A DNA stretch of 64,000 nt, from positions 2,467 to 66,466 of the IMG/VR virus record IMGVR_UViG_2513237120_000001; one strand, 5' to 3'. Below, piece by piece: positions 27,894-37,511 of the stretch. Under the pieces are notes generated by a model. That model searched no databases. It was not told the DNA's origin and saw only the letters and a list, made by a program, of their open reading frames with translations. The stretch is from a virus (lineage: Duplodnaviria > Caudoviricetes). The position numbers were made by a program, and so were the translations under genes. Numbering within the stretch: the first letter of the stretch is position 1; each line of letters begins with the position of its first letter.

Positions 27894-29612
27894 TTGAGTC
27901 TCCTGCCCGCGCCGGTCCGCCGCGTCGTCGAGTCCGTCCGCAGCCGCATCACCGCCCCAGTACGGGAAGAGCTGACCGCGGAGCGGAACAACAACGAGCT
28001 CCTCTCTGAGGCCGTCGCCGATCTCGAGCGGCACCTGTACGAGCCGGAGTGGATCCGTCTCGCCGCGCTCACCGAGGTCGAGTTCTCCGTCGACGGGATG
28101 CGGCAACTCCGCGCGATCTGCCGGCTCATGACGCTGAAGAACCCGATGATCAAACGCGGCGCTGCCCTCCGGGCCGCGTACGTGTGGGGTCAGGGTGTGG
28201 AGATCACCGCCCGCGCCAACGGCAAGAACGGGCAGCAGGACGTCCAGGCTGTTGTGACGGCGTTCCTCGACGATCCGGGGAACCAGAGGACGATCACCTC
28301 CGCGCAAGCCCAGTCCGAGCACGAGCACGCGCTCTACACCGATGGTGAGCAGTACCTTGCCTGTTTCACCAACCCGCGCACGGGGTTCGTGCAGGTCCGG
28401 AAGCTCCCCGCCGACGAGATCACCGAGATCATCACCAACCCCGAGGACACTACTGAGCCGTGGTTCTACCGGCGGCAGTGGACACAGGTCGGCTACGACG
28501 CGCAAGGCACCCGCACCACCCAGACCCGTGAACGCCTGTACCCGTGCATCGACTACAAACCCCGCTTCCGCCCCAGGGTGTTCGCTGGTGTCGAGGTCGC
28601 GTGGGACGCCCCGGTGATCCACCAGGCCGTGAACCGGCCCTCCGGGTGGCAGCACGGCGTCCCCGACTCATACGCCTCGATCGATTGGGCGAGAGCCTAC
28701 AAGGTGTTCCTGGAGGACTGGGCGACCGTCGTCAAAGCCCTATCGCGGTTCGCGTTCCGGATGACATCGAAAGGGTCGGCGCGGGCGCAGGCCAGGGCCG
28801 CGCTTTCTGCTGCTCCTCCTCGTGACCCGGTCACCGGGAAAGCCCAAGACGCCGGCGCTACTGCGGTCACCCCGATGGATGCGATCCTCGAAGCCATCCC
28901 CAAGTCCGGTGCGACGATCGACTCCGACTCCGGCCGCCCCATCGCCTCCATGGCCGCCGCCGGCGTCGGCCTGCCCGTCACCATGCTCCTCGGCGACCCC
29001 GGCACCACCGGCGCCAGGGCGACCGCCGAAACCCTCGACCAGCCCACCGAGCTCGAAATGGGGCAACGCCGCCAGCTCCACACCGCGCTGCTGCGCCGCC
29101 TCCTCGCCTACGTCATCACCGCCGCCGTCCGGGCGCCCTCCGGGCCGCTCAAGGGCACGATCACCCGCGACCCCTACTCGGGGGCGGACACGGTCACGCT
29201 CGACGGCGACACCTCCACGGTGGTCGACATCGACTGGCCCGACCTCGACGACACCGACGTCACCGACCTCGTGCAGGCGATCGTGCAGGCGAACGGGACC
29301 GGGACGATTCCGCCTGAGCATGTGCTGCGGCTGCTGCTGACCGCGCTGGGTGTGCGGCATGTGGACGAGCTCGTCGAGGAGATGCTCGACGACGCTGGCG
29401 AGTTCCAGTGGCCGAAGAAGCCGCCCCTCGGTCCTGGTGGGGATGCGGCGGCGCTCATGCGCTCGGGCCGTGACCCGACCGGTGCTGGGCCTGGACCGAT
29501 GGATGAACCCAACGACCCTCCTGACAACGACTCCGGTGAAGACGGCACCGAGGAAGATCCGGCCTCGGATGAGGAGGACGACGAGGACGAGGAGACCGGC
29601 GGGGGGCCGTAG
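27894..29612 (+). CDS. Portal protein
   Basis: Position after terL, 572 aa, acidic C-terminal tail. Confidence 0.8.
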   Translation: MSLLPAPVRRVVESVRSRITAPVREELTAERNNNELLSEAVADLERHLYEPEWIRLAALTEVEFSVDGMRQLRAICRLMTLKNPMIKRGAALRAAYVWGQGVEITARANGKNGQQDVQAVVTAFLDDPGNQRTITSAQAQSEHEHALYTDGEQYLACFTNPRTGFVQVRKLPADEITEIITNPEDTTEPWFYRRQWTQVGYDAQGTRTTQTRERLYPCIDYKPRFRPRVFAGVEVAWDAPVIHQAVNRPSGWQHGVPDSYASIDWARAYKVFLEDWATVVKALSRFAFRMTSKGSARAQARAALSAAPPRDPVTGKAQDAGATAVTPMDAILEAIPKSGATIDSDSGRPIASMAAAGVGLPVTMLLGDPGTTGARATAETLDQPTELEMGQRRQLHTALLRRLLAYVITAAVRAPSGPLKGTITRDPYSGADTVTLDGDTSTVVDIDWPDLDDTDVTDLVQAIVQANGTGTIPPEHVLRLLLTALGVRHVDELVEEMLDDAGEFQWPKKPPLGPGGDAAALMRSGRDPTGAGPGPMDEPNDPPDNDSGEDGTEEDPASDEEDDEDEETGGGP

Positions 29613-30797
29613 ATGGCTCTCACCCGCTCCACCATCGCGTTGACGCGGAGACTCCGGCGCGACATCGGCACCGAAACCGATGACGCGGACCGGCACCTCA
29701 CCCGGCAGTGGGTCGAAGCGTGGGACCGGCTCGCACCCACCTGGAGTAGGGCAGTCACCGAGCTCGCCGCGGCGGCCGTCGCCGCAGGCTCGTGGCCGAC
29801 GGTGCATCAGATCGCCCGCTCGACGGCGATGGATGCGCTCGTGGCGTCCCGCGTGGAGCTGGACAAGCTCTCCACAGAGACGGACACGACTGCTTCGGCG
29901 GGCGCTGAGCGGGTCGTGGAGATCGATACCGAGCTCGAACCCAGGATCATCGCCTCGCAGGCTCCGGAGACGCAGCAGGAAGCCCTCACCAGGTACATCC
30001 TCCGGCGAGAGCAGGACGAGCCGGACGTCACCGATGGCGGCATGGTCCCCCCACCATCTGCTACTGACGTCCTCGGCCAGGTCACGATCGCTGGTCTTAT
30101 CGCCGGAAGGTTCGAGCCCAGTGCGCTCGCGGCGATCATCGCCAGAGCGCAGGGGCAGATCCACGCCGACACCTTCCCCCTGTCTCCCGCAGCGGAGCAG
30201 GCGATGAAGGACGCGCTGATCGAGGGCGTGATCGTCGGCGACCATCCCGAACCCATCGCGAGGGACATGCTCGCCCGGGTCGAGCAGGCGTTCAACGGTG
30301 GGCTCACGCGGGCCATGAACATCGCCCGTACCGAGATGCTCGACGCCTACCGTGCGTCCTCCGCATATACGCACCGAGCGAACTCCGACCTGGTCAAGGC
30401 GTGGGTCTGGTACGCCTCCACCGACCGTTTGACATGTCCTGGATGTTTTTCCCGACATGGGACGGTCCACCCGATTACCGAACCGGGCCCGGACGACCAT
30501 CCCCGTGGCCGGTGCACTCGCCTGCCGAAACTCGCCACCTGGGAAGAGCTCGGCATCCGCGCGAAAGAACCACCCCCGATCGTCCTCGACGGCGAGCAAT
30601 CCTTCCGCCGCCTCTCCCGCGCTGACCAGCTCGACGTCATGGGCCCCACACGTCTCGCGCTCCTCGACTCCGGCGACATCACCTGGGACCAGCTCGCCAC
30701 CTGGCGCGACAACCCCCAGTGGCGCCGCTCCAACCAGCCCACAACCGTCCGCGACCTGCAACGCATCGCTGATCAGGAGGTCTCTCGTGTCTCGTAA
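29613..30797 (+). CDS. MuF-like head morphogenesis protein
   Basis: RAMNIARTEMLDAY...RLTCPGC...DDHPRGRCT. Confidence 0.85.
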   Translation: MALTRSTIALTRRLRRDIGTETDDADRHLTRQWVEAWDRLAPTWSRAVTELAAAAVAAGSWPTVHQIARSTAMDALVASRVELDKLSTETDTTASAGAERVVEIDTELEPRIIASQAPETQQEALTRYILRREQDEPDVTDGGMVPPPSATDVLGQVTIAGLIAGRFEPSALAAIIARAQGQIHADTFPLSPAAEQAMKDALIEGVIVGDHPEPIARDMLARVEQAFNGGLTRAMNIARTEMLDAYRASSAYTHRANSDLVKAWVWYASTDRLTCPGCFSRHGTVHPITEPGPDDHPRGRCTRLPKLATWEELGIRAKEPPPIVLDGEQSFRRLSRADQLDVMGPTRLALLDSGDITWDQLATWRDNPQWRRSNQPTTVRDLQRIADQEVSRVS

Positions 30798-32604
30798 GCG
30801 CAAGCCCATGCACCCGCAGCGGCGGCGCGCCGTAGCGGAGTCGGTGGCCGCGCCCGTCCGAGAAGCGGTGTGCGAAGCCGGTATCGCCGAAGCCATCTCG
30901 AAGCCGGGCCGGATGCTCATCCGCCTCATCTCGGCGGGCTGGAGTCTGAACAGCAACTTCTATCCCGCCGAGGTGCTCAAGCGCGACGGTGCGAGGGCGT
31001 GGCCGGCGGGGACGCAGGCGTTCATCGACCACCAGTCCGAAGACGAGGAATACGAACGCCCTGTGGGGTCGGTGGAGAAGCTCGCCGCGGTCCTCACCGA
31101 AGACGCCCGCTGGGACGAAGCCTCCAAGTCGTTGGTTGCTGAGGCCCGCCTGTTCGAGCCGTGGAAGACCCCGCTCATGGACATGGCCCGCGCTGAAGCC
31201 GAAGACGGCATCCCCGTCATCGGCATGTCCATCCGGGCATGGGCATCCGGCGCCCCCGGCGAAGCCGAAGGCCGCTCGGGCACGGTCATCGACCGGATCG
31301 ACCAAGGCCGAAGCGTCGACTTCGTGACCAAGCCTGCCGCGGGCGGGCGCATCCTCGCCGTCCTCGAATCGATCCAGAACCACCAGGTCGTCGAAGCCCG
31401 CACGATCGGCACCTGGCTCGAGAGCCGACTCCACCTTGCCTTGACGCAGTTCGCGGACGACATGTACGGCGACGGCCGCCTCACCCGCGCCGAGCGCATC
31501 GCGCTCTCCAGTGCGATCGGTGACGGCCTCCAGGCGTGGACCGCGCGAGTCGAAGCCGACGCGCCGCAGTTGTTCAAGCGCGGCCCGTGGGACGACGCGC
31601 CTGAAGAGGATCGGGTCGACGAGGCGCTCGCCGACGACACCCGCGCCCGGCTCCAGCGGGCCGTGTCCGCCGCGTACGGCGACGACAACGACGAATACGA
31701 CGACACGTGGGTCAACGATTTCGATCCCGACGAGGGCTTCGTGATCTTCCACGCCGGGGACAAGACCTGGCGCCAGGCCTACACCACCGACGGCGGTATC
31801 GCGCTCGACGGCGACCGCGTCGAGGTCACCCGCCGCACCACCTACGAGCCCATCACCGCCCCCGCTGACGAAGCGGTGACCGCTTCGGCCCGGCTCTCCC
31901 CCATCGAGGTCGCCGAAGACCTCGCCCGCGCCGACCAGGCGCTCACGAACTCACCGACCAGCTCGGTGACGGCCAACGCGCCAGGCTCCCCGCCTGCCGC
32001 AACCCAACCATCCGAAGGAGATTCCGCGATGAGTGGAACCACCACCGAGGCCCCCAAGGGCCCCGAGGCGGGGAACCAGAACGGCACCCCCGTCGCCGAA
32101 GAGGTCGCGGTCGTCGCCGCTGAGCGCGACCAGTACCGCGACCGCTGCAACTCCATGACCGCCGCGCTCACCGAGGCCCAGGCCGAGGCGCGCACCGCCC
32201 GCGCCGAACGCGACCAGGCCGTAGCCCGGTCCCTGCTCCTGGAGGGCAACGAGGCCGGACGGATCGCCGTCGACGCCGCGCTCGCCGCCGAGGAGTCCGG
32301 TGTCCCGGAGTCGATGTACGCCTCGATCGCGCCCCGCGTCCACGCCGCCGTCCGCGGCAACGTCCCCATGGAGGACGGGAAGGTCAACACCGCAGCGCTC
32401 GAAGCGCTCGTCGCCTCCGCGATCAAAGCGGAGCGGACCTACGTCGCCTCGGTCCTCGAATCCCAGGGGATCGGGCAGCCCGCCGGGCTCGGCGGCGACC
32501 CGAACACCATGACCGACGCCGACTTCGAAGCGCAGAACATCGCCGCGTTCGAAGCGCTCGGCATGGACACCGAAACCGCCAAGCTCGCTGCGAAGGGGCG
32601 ATAA
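30787..32604 (+). CDS. Capsid maturation protease with C-terminal scaffold
   Basis: YPAEVLKRD...FIDH...IGMSIRA...SVDFVTKPAAGG; internal RBS GAAGGAG before in-frame ATG 32029. Confidence 0.8.
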   Translation: MSRKRKPMHPQRRRAVAESVAAPVREAVCEAGIAEAISKPGRMLIRLISAGWSLNSNFYPAEVLKRDGARAWPAGTQAFIDHQSEDEEYERPVGSVEKLAAVLTEDARWDEASKSLVAEARLFEPWKTPLMDMARAEAEDGIPVIGMSIRAWASGAPGEAEGRSGTVIDRIDQGRSVDFVTKPAAGGRILAVLESIQNHQVVEARTIGTWLESRLHLALTQFADDMYGDGRLTRAERIALSSAIGDGLQAWTARVEADAPQLFKRGPWDDAPEEDRVDEALADDTRARLQRAVSAAYGDDNDEYDDTWVNDFDPDEGFVIFHAGDKTWRQAYTTDGGIALDGDRVEVTRRTTYEPITAPADEAVTASARLSPIEVAEDLARADQALTNSPTSSVTANAPGSPPAATQPSEGDSAMSGTTTEAPKGPEAGNQNGTPVAEEVAVVAAERDQYRDRCNSMTAALTEAQAEARTARAERDQAVARSLLLEGNEAGRIAVDAALAAEESGVPESMYASIAPRVHAAVRGNVPMEDGKVNTAALEALVASAIKAERTYVASVLESQGIGQPAGLGGDPNTMTDADFEAQNIAAFEALGMDTETAKLAAKGR

Positions 32605-32607
32605 GCC

Positions 32608-32970
32608 ATGGCTACCAACCAGGTTCTGAACCACGGCGACCAGTTCTCCGTCGCCGCCGCCGACGTCAACGCCCCCGCCTCCCCCGAATCCGGGGACGCG
32701 GTCGTGATCGACCAGCTTCCGGCCGTGGCGCTGACGAACGTCTACACCGACACCGACGGCACGAACCGGATCACGGTCAAAACCAACGGGGTCTACGAAT
32801 TCGCGGTCAACGCCAACAACGGCGCGATCGAAGTGGGCCACGTCGTCCACATCCACTCCACCACGGGGGCCGTGACCAACACGGCCACAGGCGGGGTCCG
32901 GTTCGGCTACGCGCTCGGCGCGGTCGCCAGCTCCGCCACCACCGTCATCCCCGTCAAGATCGGCTACTAG
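32608..32970 (+). CDS. Capsid decoration/cement protein (DUF2190-like)
   Basis: SGDAVVI...VKTNGVYEF...FGYAL; between scaffold and capsid. Confidence 0.7.
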   Translation: MATNQVLNHGDQFSVAAADVNAPASPESGDAVVIDQLPAVALTNVYTDTDGTNRITVKTNGVYEFAVNANNGAIEVGHVVHIHSTTGAVTNTATGGVRFGYALGAVASSATTVIPVKIGY

Positions 32971-32980
32971 GAGGCCCACC

Positions 32981-34162
32981 ATGGGACGAAATGACCTGCT
33001 CGAGGTGGGCACGTTCAACCGAGCGAACGCCTCCGAGTCGAAGATCTACGCCGGCGACGGTGCTCCCGTCGCCGCCCGCGCCCGCAAGGCTGCGGCGAAC
33101 CCGAACTACCAGAAGCAGTTCTCCGAGGCTATGGGCCTGTACATGAAGGTCATCAAGGGCGACCGCCGTGCCGCCCTCGATTTCCAGGAGGCGATGACCA
33201 CCTCGGACTTCAGCTTCCTGTTCGGCGACATCATCGATCGGCAAATGCTCGCGAATTACCAGCAGATGCCCGTCCAGTGGACGTCTCTGGCTCGCGCTGG
33301 CCGCGTCCGCGACTTCCGCACCGTCAAGCGGTTCACCCTTGACGGCGGCGAGTCCACACTTCAGGAGGTCGGTGAGCAGTCCGAGTACCCTGCCGCTGAC
33401 CTGGCGGACGGCGAGTACGAGTACCGGGTCCGCAAGTTCGGCCGGCGCATCCCGCTGTCGTGGGAGACGCTGATCAACGACGACCTGGACGCGTTCGCGG
33501 ACATCCCCCGCCGGCTCGGCAACGCCGCCCGCCGCTCGGAGGAGCGGTTCGCCACGTCGCTGTACGCCACCTCGGCGGGCCCGGATTCGACGTTCTTCTC
33601 TGCGGGGAACGCGAACTTGACCGACGAGCAGCTCACCGTCGCGGGCCTCCAGGAGGCCATGCGGATGCTCGGCGAGCAGACCGACGCCGACGGCGACCCG
33701 ATCTACATCGAGGCCGCTACCCTGGTCGTCCCGCCCGCGCTCGAGGTCGCCGCGAGGAACATCCTCAACGCGACCGAGATCCTCGCGGGCACGGGCGGCG
33801 GGGACGGTGTCTCGAACGACCAGCTGCGGGTGACGAACTGGATGCGCAACCGCGTGTCCCTGATCGTCAACCCGTGGCTGCCGATCATCGACACCACCAC
33901 CGGCTCGACCGCCTGGTACCTGTTCGCGAACCCGAACGACGGCCGCCCGGCGATGGAGATCGGCCGCCTCATCGGGCATGAGAGCCCGGAGCTGTTCCAG
34001 AAGTCCCCCAACGCGACTCGTGTCGGGGGCGGCCTGGTCGACCCGACCGACGGTGATTTCGACACCGACTCGGTCGAGTGGAAGGTCCGCCACGTGCTGG
34101 GCGGGACTCTGATGGACGCTAAGAGCGCGCTGGCCTCGACTGGTACGGGGTCTGGAAGCTAA
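32981..34162 (+). CDS. Major capsid protein (Mu gpT-like)
   Basis: VRDFR...YRVRKFGRRIPLSWETLINDDLDAF...LVVPPALE...FDTDSVEWKVRH. Confidence 0.88.
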   Translation: MGRNDLLEVGTFNRANASESKIYAGDGAPVAARARKAAANPNYQKQFSEAMGLYMKVIKGDRRAALDFQEAMTTSDFSFLFGDIIDRQMLANYQQMPVQWTSLARAGRVRDFRTVKRFTLDGGESTLQEVGEQSEYPAADLADGEYEYRVRKFGRRIPLSWETLINDDLDAFADIPRRLGNAARRSEERFATSLYATSAGPDSTFFSAGNANLTDEQLTVAGLQEAMRMLGEQTDADGDPIYIEAATLVVPPALEVAARNILNATEILAGTGGGDGVSNDQLRVTNWMRNRVSLIVNPWLPIIDTTTGSTAWYLFANPNDGRPAMEIGRLIGHESPELFQKSPNATRVGGGLVDPTDGDFDTDSVEWKVRHVLGGTLMDAKSALASTGTGSGS

Positions 34163-34868
34163 TAGCACCTGGCTTCCCGTGATGGTGAAGCCGCGCGTGG
34201 CATCCACGACAGAGAGTCATGAGGTTGCTGGGGTCATGATTGGTCTTCCCCCAGTCGATGTGGTGAATCACCAGTTCCCCAGCAACCTCTGGCTCGGGCG
34301 CGAAACCGCAGATCCGGCAGGTGTTGCCGTCACGTTCACGGATTGATTCCCGGAGTCGTGGTGTCCATCCGGGAGCGTACGGCAAGAACGAGATACCACC
34401 ACGCCAACGGAAGTGTTTCGGGCCTTGCATATTCGGCTTCTCCCGAGCCCGCATATCGGGGTCCTTGTTTGCGCACTGGCGTGAGCAGTAGGTGTATCGC
34501 TGGAGGGTGGCGCTGGTCCGCCACACGGGCTTGTCGCACATCTTGCACGGCAGCCATTGGCCCTGCCTCAGCTTGAGATTGGGCCCAACAATGCCGACAG
34601 CCCGGCAAGCTCGGCTGCAATAGTTCGACTCGTACTTCTCCAGTTGCGACGGTTTACGGGTGAATTCTTTCCCGCAGGTGGCACACTCGGCAACTCGTCG
34701 TTCGCCACTACCCCAATGGGCAAGTTGCATTTGCCTTCGGGACTCGGAAAGGCATTCGGGTGAGCAGGAGAACTTGCCGCTTTTGTTCTGCTTGAGCCTG
34801 CTGGGTTTGACGGTGAATTCGGTTCCGCACACGTTGCAGGACACGATGACTCGTTGAGGTTTTCCCAC
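34119..34868 (-). CDS. Free-standing HNH endonuclease with three Zn-ribbon repeats, antisense in the head operon
   Basis: CxxCG.EF...CS..C x3; IRERDGNTCRICG...VIHHID...NHDPSNLMTLCRGCHARLH. Confidence 0.85.
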   Translation of the reverse strand: MGKPQRVIVSCNVCGTEFTVKPSRLKQNKSGKFSCSPECLSESRRQMQLAHWGSGERRVAECATCGKEFTRKPSQLEKYESNYCSRACRAVGIVGPNLKLRQGQWLPCKMCDKPVWRTSATLQRYTYCSRQCANKDPDMRAREKPNMQGPKHFRWRGGISFLPYAPGWTPRLRESIRERDGNTCRICGFAPEPEVAGELVIHHIDWGKTNHDPSNLMTLCRGCHARLHHHGKPGAISFQTPYQSRPARS

Positions 34869-34904
34869 CTTAATAGACTACCACCAAGGACGTGACGATC
34901 AATC

Positions 34905-35072
34905 ATGAGTACCCGGCCAGGGGGAGAGCAGCCACAGGAACCATCGGTGACTGGGCTGCTCTCCGACATCCTCGACGAACTCCGGGATCTGAACCGGAAG
35001 ACCGCCCGGCGCGAACCCCGTGACGGGCGCATCTACCTCGAAGAACCCGCACCGATCCGGGAGCGGCCGTGA
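34905..35072 (+). CDS. 55-aa hypothetical protein (not in ORF track in this frame)
   Basis: MSTRPGGEQPQEPSVTGLLSDILDELRDL...IYLEEPAP; GTGA overlap with the next gene. Confidence 0.5.
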   Translation: MSTRPGGEQPQEPSVTGLLSDILDELRDLNRKTARREPRDGRIYLEEPAPIRERP

Positions 35073-35722
35073 CCATTCCGCACACGCTGCACCAGATCTG
35101 GATCGGCCCCGACCCGCTCCCCGCGGAATACGCCGCCTATACGGAAGGCTGGCGGCAGCTACACCCGGACTGGGAGTACCGGCTGTGGACCGAGGACGCG
35201 CTCCCGGTCATGCGCAACCGGGACCTCTACGACAGGGCCGAGGAGCTCGTCCCTGAGCATTCGGTGTGGCAGTTCCGGTCTGATGTCCTCCGCTACGAGG
35301 TCCTGTGGTCCTACGGCGGCCTGTATGTGGACGTCGACTTCGAGTGCCTCCAGAACGTCGAACACCTCCTGGGTGAGGCTGAGGCGGTCGCGGCGTGGGA
35401 AGCGCAGGACCGGTGGGTCAACAACGCCATCCTCGGTGCAGAGCCAGGCCATCCGTTCATCGACCGGCTGATCACCGGACTTCCTGCGTCGGTCGAGCAC
35501 CACCGTGGCCTGCGCCCGAACATCTCGACCGGCCCGCAGTACCTGACTGGGCTGTGGCGCCGCCACCGCGACGAGCTCACCGTGCTCCCACAGGCCCTGT
35601 TCTACCCGTACTCGTACGCCGACGTCGGCACACCGAAAGAACACGGGCCGTGGCCTGGCGCTGTGGCAGTCCACCATTGGGCGAACCGGCGCCGCACCAT
35701 CGCCAGGGGAGGCCAGCGGTGA
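35069..35722 (+). CDS. Glycosyltransferase, GT32/OCH1-like (DXD)
   Basis: IPHTLHQIW...SDVLRYEVLWSYGGLYVDVDFEC...NNAILGAEPGHPF. Confidence 0.88.
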   Translation: MTIPHTLHQIWIGPDPLPAEYAAYTEGWRQLHPDWEYRLWTEDALPVMRNRDLYDRAEELVPEHSVWQFRSDVLRYEVLWSYGGLYVDVDFECLQNVEHLLGEAEAVAAWEAQDRWVNNAILGAEPGHPFIDRLITGLPASVEHHRGLRPNISTGPQYLTGLWRRHRDELTVLPQALFYPYSYADVGTPKEHGPWPGAVAVHHWANRRRTIARGGQR

Positions 35723-36420
35723 AGACCGTCACCCTCCCCGCCGGCGCCGACTGGCGCGGCCGATCGCTCATGCCCTTCGTCACGATCGAGGTCGACGAGA
35801 CCGACCACATCGGCCGGATCATCAACCGCGGCACCTGGTACGAGAAAGACCTCCTCGACGACGCCTTCGCGCGCGTCCAGGGACCGGGGACCGCGATCGA
35901 CGTCGGCGCCCACATCGGCAACCACGCCTTGTGGTTCGCGCGGGCGATGGGCCTCAGCGTGGTCGCGCTCGAACCCAACCCGACGACCCACGAGCAACTC
36001 CTACGCAACGTCGCAGCGAACGACCTCAGCTTCCCTTACCCAAACATGCCTTCGGTGCGGTGCCTCAACGCCGCCGCCGGGGCCCGCCACGGTTGGGGCC
36101 GCATGACCGAGCCCGCGATCGCGCACAACTCCGGGACGTGCGCCGTCGTCCGCGAACCCGACGACGTCGAAGCCGGACCGGACCACATCTCCATCCTCCC
36201 GCTCGACCAGCTCATCCTCGCCGCCCCCGTGAAGCTCATCAAGGTCGACGTCGAGGGAGCCGCGGGCGCTGTGCTCGTCGGGGCCGTTGAGCTCATCGAC
36301 GAGCACTCCCCGGTGATCTACGCCGAGGGCGACCGGGACGCGATCCAGGACGCACTCCCTGACGGCTACCACTGTTTCGGCAGGTTCGCGAAGACCCCGA
36401 CCTACGGATTTTCCCGATGA
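35719..36420 (+). CDS. FkbM-family SAM-dependent methyltransferase
   Basis: AIDVGAHIGNHAL...ALEPNP...LIKVDVEG. Confidence 0.88.
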   Translation: MKTVTLPAGADWRGRSLMPFVTIEVDETDHIGRIINRGTWYEKDLLDDAFARVQGPGTAIDVGAHIGNHALWFARAMGLSVVALEPNPTTHEQLLRNVAANDLSFPYPNMPSVRCLNAAAGARHGWGRMTEPAIAHNSGTCAVVREPDDVEAGPDHISILPLDQLILAAPVKLIKVDVEGAAGAVLVGAVELIDEHSPVIYAEGDRDAIQDALPDGYHCFGRFAKTPTYGFSR

Positions 36421-37505
36421 CCGTGTCTGTCGCGATCATGGCCCACCCGAAGCGGTCCGAGTTCATCCCCGAACTCGAGGCCCAGTTGGATCGGCCCGCG
36501 ACGGTGGCGTGGGACGACGGCTCCAACTCCCGCTGGGGCACCGGCCGGAGGGCACTGCTCGCCTACGAACCCGCCGCGACGCATCACCTCGTCATCCAGG
36601 ACGACGCTGTCATCCCCCGCGACCTCGTCGCCGGCGTCGAAGCTGCACTCCAGTACACGCCAGGGGACGTCCCGGTGTGCCTCTATGTCGGCAAGACAAG
36701 GCCCTACCGGGAGATGGTCCGCGAGTACGTCAAACGTGCTGAGCAGGGCGCGTCGTGGCTGGTCATGGACCAGATCAACTGGGGTGTCGCAATCGTATTC
36801 CCCACGAACATCATCGACGACATGGTCGCGTGGTGCGACACGCAGCGGATCCCGAACTACGACTCCCGCATGTCGCTGTGGTTCGAGCACCAGGGGATCC
36901 CGACCTGGTATCCGTGGCCGTCACTCGTCGACCACCGCGAATCCCCCTCACTCGTACCCGGGCGCGGCCACTCGGGCAGGGTCGCTCACCGCTTCATCGG
37001 CGCCGATGTCTCGGCGCTAGACATCGACTACTCCGGTGACGTGCTGCGTCTCCCGAGCGTTTCTGACTACCGGCCAGGAGGTCAACCCATGCTGTTCTAC
37101 TGCACCAAGCACGACAATCTCTCCGTCCCGACCATCGGGGTGCGGTTCAAGGACCACTTCGCGGAGGCGACGACGAGGGGCGCGATCGCGTATCTCCAGT
37201 CGCCGTTCATGCGCCGCCGCGGCGTCCGCCCCGCGACCGAAGAGGAGGAGGCCGCGTGGCGCGGCGAGACCACCGGTGGACCTGTGCTCGTCCAGGAGCC
37301 CGCACCGGTCAACCCGCCCGCCACGCAAAACCCGGCCCCTGACGGGCAGCACGAGGCCGTTCCCGACGGGAAGGCCGAAGAGGTGCTGGCGTGGGTCGGC
37401 GACGACCCCAGCCGCGCTCAGGGCGCCATTGACGCCGAGCAGCAGCGGGAGAAGCCTCGCAAGACCCTGCTCGCCAAGCTCGAGACCATCGCCAGGGCGG
37501 AGTAG
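36417..37505 (+). CDS. GT-A-fold glycosyltransferase-like protein fused to a C-terminal virion-type domain
   Basis: VSVAIMAHPKR...HHLVIQDDAVI...PSLVDH; in-frame internal ATG 37089 with RBS AGGAGG. Confidence 0.7.
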   Translation: MTVSVAIMAHPKRSEFIPELEAQLDRPATVAWDDGSNSRWGTGRRALLAYEPAATHHLVIQDDAVIPRDLVAGVEAALQYTPGDVPVCLYVGKTRPYREMVREYVKRAEQGASWLVMDQINWGVAIVFPTNIIDDMVAWCDTQRIPNYDSRMSLWFEHQGIPTWYPWPSLVDHRESPSLVPGRGHSGRVAHRFIGADVSALDIDYSGDVLRLPSVSDYRPGGQPMLFYCTKHDNLSVPTIGVRFKDHFAEATTRGAIAYLQSPFMRRRGVRPATEEEEAAWRGETTGGPVLVQEPAPVNPPATQNPAPDGQHEAVPDGKAEEVLAWVGDDPSRAQGAIDAEQQREKPRKTLLAKLETIARAE

Positions 37506-37511
37506 TCAGCG

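Noticed and set aside
26811-34207. Long minus-strand ORFs opposite terminase, portal, protease and capsid
   Set aside because: Shadow frames with no recognisable motifs; the plus strand encodes clear structural proteins
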